A stretch of 64,000 bases of DNA from Eledone cirrhosa. Lineage: Eukaryota. Made by a program: the position numbers and the translations under genes. Below are positions 55,631 through 64,000 of this stretch, one piece after another. The DNA lies in assembly GCA_964016885.1 (NCBI GenBank), contig OZ024741.1, positions 295,616,001 through 295,680,000 of the forward strand, read 5' to 3'. Every line of letters starts with the position of its first letter. The stretch's first letter is position 1. The notes below the pieces were generated by a model. That model was given only the letters and a program-made list of their open reading frames with translations, did no database searches and was not told the DNA's origin.

Positions 55631-56854
55631 TTAAATAGGAACTCTTTAAAATGGGCGGTTTTATTTCATAGAATCAGAGCCAGTTTTGGCTGGGTTGGTA
55701 ACTGGGTTGGTAACTAAAGATCCCACCAAAAACTACAGCAGAACCCAAGTTGCACATCCATCCACAAACTGACTATGTTAAAAGTATTCATGTTGAAATT
55801 AAACATAAACTCATTATATGCTCATTAAAAGGTTAATAGCTATAACCATTAACTAATTTGAAATATTTTTCAATTAAATAGCTATTACCATTCGTTAATT
55901 GGATGGAGGCGAGAAAATGGCAGTAAGTGGTAATGGCATGGACTAAGGACTGATCACGTGAAACAAAATTATTGAATAGAAACTGGCTATTGGATTAAAT
56001 TGACAAACAAAGACATCATCCACAAAAGGTATTGTTACTGTCAAAAGAGCTAAGCACCGTCAGCCCAAATAAAACCATAATGAAGAAATTCAAACAGACA
56101 TTTTCCAAATTACATTGATAATATCATGTTTTAAGCATTATGGAGATTCCTTTATTATATTTCATTTCATTAACAAAGTAGGACTTTAACAGGTTTACAC
56201 CCATTCCACCTCCACCTGGTTGCCTTCATTCTCAATATCCAATTAAATAGCAGACAAGGGCAACGATAGAGGGTGCAGTCCTGTCAGTGAAAAGCAAAAA
56301 TATTAGACAAAAAGCCCCATTGGATTAAATTGGCAAGTGGAGAGATAGTTTCTGAAAAGTACATCATTTGGCTTTTCACCAATTCAATTAGTAAATGAAA
56401 TTGAAAAGTTCCATCTAATATTTCAAAGTTGAAGCTTTCAAGAGCGAAGATTTTTTCTATCACTGGGTTTACTGTTCATATAAAGTAAGAGATCAAACTA
56501 AATCTATCCTCTTTTCTCTCTTCTATTCTATTCTCTTCTGTTCTGTTCTGTGATCTTACCTAATAAATAACTGCAGCTCTGACTATTAGTGGCCATACCT
56601 ACACATATTTACACTTAAGTATACATACATATGTGTATGCAAACAGACCCAGACATACATGAATGTGTGTGTGTGTATATATATACACACACACACACAC
56701 ACATATTATTTATAGATAATTTATATATTTATATATTTATTTATGTTCATACACAGAACAAAAGTGCTACCTAAGATTTCAAGGCCCAATACTGACCATA
56801 TATGTAAGAGGGAGCAAAATTGTGACTAATCTTCAGGTGTTTATATGTGTATAA

Positions 56855-57172
56855 GCACCTGAAAATAAAATGGGATGTGTACCTAGAAAGTCCTCTGCCA
56901 AGGCATAAGTCTGAGCAAGGTTGTTTATGGAAGACCAGCAGTCACCCATGCATACCAGTCTCCCCTCTCCATACCACTGATGTTGTCCAAGGGAAAGGCA
57001 ATGGCCGATACAGCTTGGTACCAGTGACACTGCAACTTATTTCTAAAGTTGAGTGAACTGGAGCAACGTGAAATAAAGTTTCTTGCTCAAGGAAAAAATG
57101 CATCACTTGGTCCAGGAATCAAACTCACAGCCTGCTGATTGCAAGCCCAATGCTCTGACCACTAAGCCATGC
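56855..57172 (-). mobile_element. SINE (second family)
   Basis: gagtgaactggagcaacgtgaaataaag..cttgctcaagg...ggaatcaaactcac...gaccactaagccatgc. Confidence 0.7.
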
Positions 57173-57430
57173 TGGTGTTTACCTCCACAGTATGCTGGGT
57201 GTGCTTCAGCAGAATTTTATCAACTAACTTTTGATAATATCTAACATAACAATGATACTGTATCAGGTGAGAATATATCTTGTAAAATTTTGACATAATA
57301 GGTTGCTGCTGGTTGCTGGGTTATTTGGGAAAAGAAAAGGAAACATATTACGCATTAATGTATCAGTAGATAAATATATATTTTGTAAAATATTGGGAGA
57401 TTATATTATATGCATATCATTATATATATA

Positions 57431-57484
<54 letters not shown>

Positions 57485-57561
57485 GTTTTGCGAGGTTTTT
57501 GATATGAAATCGTGTGTCGAAACAAATATTGTTATTACACAAATATGACCCTCCCCAAGTA

Positions 57562-57637
<76 letters not shown>

Positions 57638-57705
57638 CAAGGTTTAGCAAATAAGAAAAAGTTTCAAAATAAATTTAAAAAAATGAACTTTACTTACTAT
57701 GGTTA

Positions 57706-57789
57706 CCTTTACCGAATCGGTTTCGAGTCTCAAAAACAAACGGACAGTCCATACGGCATCCATTGCAAAGATAAACTCTCGTCAGAAGG
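57706..57789 (-). ncRNA. Type I hammerhead ribozyme, canonical core
   Basis: Minus strand: cctt-CTGACGA-gagttt...agactc-GAAA-ccg-att-cgg-TA-aagg; G10.1-C11.1; GUA site. Confidence 0.85.
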
Positions 57790-58190
57790 ATCCTTCCACT
57801 CGGAGAACATAAAATTCCCGAGTTCAAACCACGAACTGGCGCTATTCAAAATTGTTCCCGAGATGAGAATAAATGAAGTGGAAGCAATTCCTTCAAGTGC
57901 CGTTTGTAAAGATAGAAGCAAAGGCAGGGAGGTCAGTCTGCCCCCGCTATAACTAGCAGCAGTCAGAACGACCAAATTTTTTCTCAACCAAGAGGAGCAT
58001 AATAATAATAAAGTATATGTCCCTACATGCACAAGGCGCTAAGGGACACATGTATTGTCCAACCATATGCCAATGTGGTTCAATGGCAGGTTAATAAATT
58101 AACGAGCCAGAACATATATAATCAAGGTTTAGCAAATAAGAAAAAGTTTCAAAATAAATTTTTAAAAATGAACTTTACTTACTATGGTTA

Positions 58191-58274
58191 CCTTTACCGA
58201 TTCGGTTTCGAGTCTCAAAAACAAACGGACAGTCCATACGGCATCCATTGCAAAGACAAACTCTCGTCAGAAGG
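58191..58274 (-). ncRNA. Type I hammerhead ribozyme, tandem copy
   Basis: Same fold 485 nt away; the differences fall in loop III (aat vs att) and distal stem/loop II. Confidence 0.85.
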
Positions 58275-58568
58275 ATCCTTTCACTCGGAGAACATAAAAT
58301 TCCCGAGTTCAAACCACGAACTGGCGCTATTCAAAATTGTTCCTGAGATGAAAATAAATGAATCGGTAAAGGTAACCATAGTAAGTAAAGTTAATTTTTT
58401 TAAATTTATTTTGAAACTTTTTCTTATTTGCTAAACCTTGATTATATATGTTCTGGCTCGTTAATTTATTAACCTGCCATTGAACCACATTGGCATATGG
58501 TTGGACAATACATGTGTCCCTAAGCGCCTTGTGCGTGTAGGGACATATACTTTATTATTATTATTATT

Positions 58569-58638
<70 letters not shown>

Positions 58639-58847
58639 TATATATATTTATTATATATATATTATATATATGTATATATAATATATATATTATATATATA
58701 CGTTATATATATATGTTATATATATATATTATATATATTTATATATATATATTATATATATTTTATATATATATATTATATATATATTATATATATAAGG
58801 TGAAACAATTGTTCTCAGTATAGGGAACTAACTGTTGTGTTACTACT

Positions 58848-58924
<77 letters not shown>

Positions 58925-58927
<3 letters not shown>

Positions 58928-60231
58928 GGTGCGGACGATATTTGTTCGCAAGATTACTGTCTAGGAAATAATAACACAGTAGTTTTATTTTTTAAGATTT
59001 ATTTATCAAACTTGGGTCAGTTTGTCTTCGTGACTGGTTCTTTCGATCTCACTCGATAAACCCGCCATTGGCTTTGATGACGGCCTCAAGGCGGCCTCGG
59101 AACCAGCTACAGGCCTTCGTCACTGTCCCCCGACTTAGGCCCCTAAAGGCACTTGTGATCCTGGCTTTCAGATCATCTTTCGTATTGCAACTAGATCTGT
59201 TGGTGTCTCGTTCCACTGCACTCCACACAAAGAAGTCGAGGGGGTTGCAGTCAGGCGAGCTGGGAGGCCAGATGTCAGGTGAAGTGTGGTCGACGAAGTT
59301 CTCTGACAGCCAGGCTTGGGTCTTTCGGCTGGTATAGCAGAGCGCTGAGTCTTGCTGCCACACGTACGGCCTACCTGCAGCTACCTGGTCGAATCAGGCC
59401 TTTACTACCTTGCTCAGAATGCGGATGTAGCCATCGGTGTTCAGCTTGAGGCCCTCAGGGAAGAAGTGAGGTGGCATGACGTCACCTTGACTGCTGACGA
59501 CACCTAAGACCAATGTTGTCGCTGGAAACTTTGTCTGCATGACTCTGGGCACGTCTTTGGATGAGACAGCGAGCCACCTGTTGTTCTGGAAGTCGATCTT
59601 CTGGTCTTAGCAGAAGTTTTTCTCGTCGGAGGAAAACCACAGCATGTCTGGCTCCAGTGGGTGTTTCAACTTGTTGATCAGCTTCTTTGCGTGCTTCAGT
59701 CGCTTTTCTTGCTTCGCCTTTGACAGAAATTGTCCTTTCCTCATCTTGTATGAAACGTAGCGAATGTCTTCATGTACCACCAGCCTAATGAGCTTTTCAT
59801 CCACGCCTTTCTCCCTTGCAATGGCACGCATCGACTTGCTAGGTTCATTGTTGATGATTTCCTGAACTTCAGCGACGAACTCGGGCGTTCTGAAGGCGTC
59901 AGATCGTCGATCATGTGTTTTCCTCTCTGATGTTGCTTCATAGTCGAATCCTGAATCTTCCAATTCGTTTCTGAATTTTTCCACCATTCTCCTGCTGACG
60001 CTGAGAAAGTCTGAAATTTCCTTATTTGTCCTCCCGGCACGGATTCCAAGAAGAACTCTGTGTCTCTTCCACAAATTTGGAGGTTCAAAATTATTCATAA
60101 TCAATTATTCTGAAAATAAATAATGTAAATATAGTCACTGTTTTTATGAAGACAAGAGTGACAACGGAAGTAAAAAAAATTTGCATAAAATTAGCAGTTG
60201 AAAATTGCGAACAAATATCGTCCACACCCTG
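58925..60231 (-). mobile_element. Full-length Tc1/mariner transposon, DD37D (maT) type
   Basis: 27-bp TIRs CAGGGTG(C/T)GGACGATATTTGTTCGCAA and TA duplication on both sides. Confidence 0.93.
59049..60098 (-). pseudogene. DD37D transposase, 350 codons in one frame with two premature stops
   Basis: HTH N-terminus, SDEK, QQDSA, WPPSSPDCNPLD (37 residues between the 2nd and 3rd D); TAA at 59607-59609 and TGA at 59394-59396. Confidence 0.9.
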
Positions 60232-60310
60232 TAATATTATATAAAATTTAGTACAACATCATCGAAGCTCTGGTTGCAGCCAAGCTAACGAATGCAATCT
60301 CGGTGTGTAG

Positions 60311-60362
<52 letters not shown>

Positions 60363-60401
60363 TAAAATAACAGATTAAAGTTTAAGCAAATTTATTATTA
60401 T

Positions 60402-60445
<44 letters not shown>

Positions 60446-60634
60446 ATCTTGTTTCACTCGCTTTACCCGTTTTAATTGTCCTAATAACTTAATTTAGTTA
60501 TTATTGCACCGACGTGAGGTATATGATTTTTAATGCAATGAAATATCTATGATCGTCGGCAAATCACTGATGAGGGACTTATTTTAGTACATGTTATCCA
60601 TGTGCAACCAGCAGTATTCTTCTCCCCATTTTTT

Positions 60635-60706
<72 letters not shown>

Positions 60707-60723
60707 ATATATTATATATATAT

Positions 60724-61253
60724 ACAAATATAAATTAGCGAGAATCGTATTCCGTCTATTGGAAATTAGCGAAAAACAACTTCTGAGATGTGTGGCAAGC
60801 GCTCAATAGATTCTAACGAATCAGAGCTACAACATACGTTAAAAGGCCAAACACACTGAGACGATGGTTAAACCATTATCCGCACAGCCATAGAAACGAC
60901 CAAATAATTCGGGTCAAACAAATAAAAAAATATGATTGAAAAATTTACCCGGACCTCTGGATGGTTGGTGAAAATCCAGCATTTGGGTTTCTGCGACTCC
61001 TAAATCAAGTACTGTCCGCTTAGACAAATAATGTTAAGCTTTTGGTAAGATGATTGAACAAGGAAGTCACTTTCTCAACAGGTTTTAGTTCAAGTGCCAA
61101 GGATTGACCGTTACCAATACCCACGTGGGGCTCGGCAAGGGAGGCAACCCCTATTTTTGGCGGATGAATTCAGTGTGTATTATTGCAAAATTGCAAAATA
61201 TCACAAAACGAATTAAGTTCTCAACAGAATGGTTTTAAAGTTAACAAAAGCTA

Positions 61254-61256
<3 letters not shown>
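60724..61256 (+). mobile_element. Unclassified repeat bounded by (TA)n tracts
   Basis: 5' part is homologous to 52165-52386. Confidence 0.6.
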
Positions 61257-61347
<91 letters not shown>

Positions 61348-61475
61348 AAAGTTCTATTTAAAATTGTTGGGATACAACAAGTAAATATTTTTATAATTGA
61401 TATAAAGCACTCGACAAGTATTTGGAGTAGATATAGGATATTAATAAATGGAAACTATATTTATAAAACGATATT

Positions 61476-61540
61476 TATTTCATTATACATATTTCAGGGA
61501 TACCAAATTAAATTATGGTATGCCTTCATCAGACAAAATA
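61476..61540 (-). ncRNA. Minimal type I hammerhead ribozyme (inverted copy)
   Basis: Reverse complement of 61639-61703. Confidence 0.75.
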
Positions 61541-61638
61541 CAATATATAACAGTTTTACAAATAAGATGGCTCCCAAAAATAATGGTTGCATTTTAAAAG
61601 GGTACGTCAAAACTTATTTGTAAAACTGTTATATATTG

Positions 61639-61703
61639 TATTTTGTCTGATGAAGGCATACCATAATTTAATTTGGTATCCCTGAAATATGTATAATGAA
61701 ATA
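61639..61703 (+). ncRNA. Minimal type I hammerhead ribozyme
   Basis: tattttgt-CTGATGA-aggcatacca/tggtatccct-GAAA-tatgta-TA-atgaaata. 8-bp stem I with 2 GU pairs; self-complementary stem III AUAUGUAU. Confidence 0.75.
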
Positions 61704-61741
61704 AATATGGTTTTATAAATATAGTTTCCATTTATTAATAT

Positions 61742-61779
<38 letters not shown>

Positions 61780-61791
61780 TAACAAAAGCTA

Positions 61792-61865
<74 letters not shown>

Positions 61866-61871
61866 TATAGT

Positions 61872-61946
<75 letters not shown>

Positions 61947-62256
61947 TAAGAGAGAGAGAGAAACTGTGTTGACTGTTTATAGCCAGTGTATTGTTGAAAA
62001 GATGGTGGACACTGAAGGCCAAGCTGCTAAAGCTGGAGAAATGGCAGCTGGAAAAAAATCAGAAATGTCAACTGCTAAAGAGATAAGTTACAAGATACAC
62101 CGATAGATTATGCAAAAAAAAATAAAGGGAAATAATGATACAATATAAAAATAAAACATAGGAAAAAAGAAAAATATTGGTTGAAATACATTAATCTCTC
62201 TCTCTCTCTTTCTCGCTGTAAGCTTGTAAGTGTATATATATATATATATATATATA

Positions 62257-62560
62257 TGGTGGCTGCCAACTCGTTTTCGAGTACGGCCACTACTTTATAT
62301 CCATGTAGGAGAACCCCTACCGATGCGCTGAACGAGTGTGACTTTTTTAGTCCAGCCAGCGACATGAAAACTCCGGTACAAACACTACACTTGTGACACT
62401 TATTGACACATAGTGCTGGGCCCATGGTACCATGTGACGACAAGTGCAGAGAGATCTCCAGATATAAAGCAATGCCTGTGCCGTGAAGCTTTTATAGTGA
62501 ACAAAGGCACTGCACAAAGCCAGTCCCACTCTCTTAACCAAGATGATATTTACCAAAAAG
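62257..62560 (-). mobile_element. 3' end of an RTE-like LINE with terminal C2H2-like finger
   Basis: Minus strand WRSLC and CSVCTGVFMSLAGLKKSH, then a short 3' UTR ending at (TA)n. Confidence 0.55.
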
Positions 62561-62771
62561 AAGAACAAGTCAACATCATTGGATACCATCAAGGTTGCAG
62601 GTGTTATATCAGAGTTTTCCTTCTCCTAGAATCCTGCCTTGACAAAGGCTAAGGGGTCATCTCTCCCGGTGATTTTGGATGGCCATTGACTCTTAAGAGC
62701 TCCTTTGGCGTACATATATATATATATATATATATATATGTACGCCATATATATATATATATATATAAGCC

Positions 62772-64000
62772 ATGTATAAAGAAACAATCAGCAAGGTTAG
62801 AATTAACAAGGAATATAATGAAGAGTTTAGCGTAAAAGTTGGTGTTCATCAGGGCTCCGTCCTTAGCCTCCTCATATTTATTACCGCCCTCCAAGCTATA
62901 ACGGAGGAGTTCAAGACCGGCTGCCCATGGGAACTTCTATACGCAGATGATCTAATGCTCATAAACGAATCAATGGCTGAACTAGAGAAGAAATTCCAAA
63001 CATGGAAGCACGGCCTAGAATCAAAAGGCCTTAAAGTTAACTTGTCTAAGACTAAAGTCCTGATATGTAGGAAGGTGAATAAGGCACTGGTCCCATCTGG
63101 GAAATGGCCATGCTCAGTGTGTAGGAAAGGAGTAGGCAGAAACTCCATTTTATGTCCCAAATGCAAAGTATGCGTGCATAAAAGATGTAGTGGGATCACA
63201 GGTAAGCTAACTAAGAATATAGATTTTATATGTGGCCGGTGCTCTGGCGCAATAAGTAGCAGCAAATGCCCACAGAATACTAGCTTATTCCATTGCCCAG
63301 ATGGTTCTATAGAAATAATGGACACCTTCCGTTACCTGGTTGACAAAACCAGCAGTGGTGGAGGGTGCTCTGAAAGTACTGTAGCTAGAGTCCGAACTGG
63401 ATGGAAAAAGTTCAGAGAGCTTATACCACTATTGGCCGCTAAAGGTTTCTCTCTAAAAATAAAAGGCAGTCTGTATGATGCCTGCATACGAACAGCGATG
63501 TTACATGGCAGTGAGACATGGGCCTTGTGTGCAGAGGATATACGCAGACTGGAGAGGAACGAAGCTTGCATGCTCCGTTGGATGTGTAATAGTAATATAC
63601 GCGAACGGCAAAGCATTAATGAACTAAGTGAGAAATTAGGAATAAGAGGGATCAGATGCTGTTTACTCGAGAGAAGACTACGTTGGTATGGTCACGTGAT
63701 GCGCATGAAAGATGACAGCTGTATAAAAAAGTGCAGGGCGATCAAAACAGACGGAAGCTACAGAGTAGGCAGACCCAGAAAAAACCTGGGACGACTTGAT
63801 AAAATTTGACCTCACACACTTACACCTCTCCAAGACAATGTCACTGGACCGATATCTTTGGCGCTACGCAGTAATACAGAAGACCCGCCTTGCCTAAGTA
63901 CAAAGTGTAACCTACAGTCAGTAGGCACCTCTTAACCAAAATACACCCCCGTCCCAACCCTACGCCCACCGCCATCTACACCACCCCTTTCGATGTAAAG
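62772..64000 (+). mobile_element. 5'-truncated RTE-clade LINE; RT with Cys-rich insertion
   Basis: GVHQGSVLS, LLYADDL, GLKVN..KTK, LHGSETW, RRLRWYGHV, GRPRK; frameshift near 63780; 3' UTR runs off the window. Confidence 0.92.

Larger units (their letters stand above)
57629..58570 (-). mobile_element. ORF-less Penelope-pLTR/retrozyme-like element B (1.5 tandem units of 485 bp plus inverted arm)
   Basis: Direct repeat 57629-57877 and 58114-58362; 58360-58566 is the reverse complement of ~57999-58203; two hammerheads; (TA)n on both sides. Confidence 0.8.
61345..61748. mobile_element. ORF-less inverted-repeat element C with two minimal hammerheads
   Basis: 136-bp arms 61431-61566 and 61613-61748 (one mismatch seen), 46-bp spacer, (TA)n flanks. 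Confidence 0.75.

Noticed and set aside
57512-58434. Duplicated 135-146 aa ORFs
   Set aside because: They are antisense to the ribozymes, one starts in (TA)n, and no domain is recognisable. The duplication is explained by the tandem unit.
58797-58850. GAAACAATTGTT, resembling a hammerhead 3' half
   Set aside because: No CUGANGA or stems upstream; too short to support.

Overview
Gene-free, repeat-dominated eukaryotic DNA. The SINE/LINE types and the density of (TA)n/(CA)n tracts suggest an octopus-like cephalopod, which is an inference. About 57% of the window is two G/T-skewed tandem arrays: a 56/59-bp minisatellite (~9.1-16.1 kb) and a 37-bp satellite (~20.05-49.65 kb, starting at a 200-N gap). 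The rest is transposon debris: Penelope-like GIY-YIG remnants, RTE-like LINEs, tRNA-derived SINEs, a full-length but dead DD37D (maT) Tc1/mariner, a hAT MITE, piggyBac-like MITEs and short Helitrons. The main result is seven type I hammerhead ribozyme motifs from four unrelated sequence families, all folded by eye. One lies in the 3' end of a Penelope element. Six lie in three short, ORF-less elements inserted in (TA)n tracts, each with a long inverted arm and, in two cases, a ~0.5-kb partial tandem repeat. This looks like a non-autonomous Penelope-pLTR/retrozyme-like system. No host protein-coding gene could be supported.
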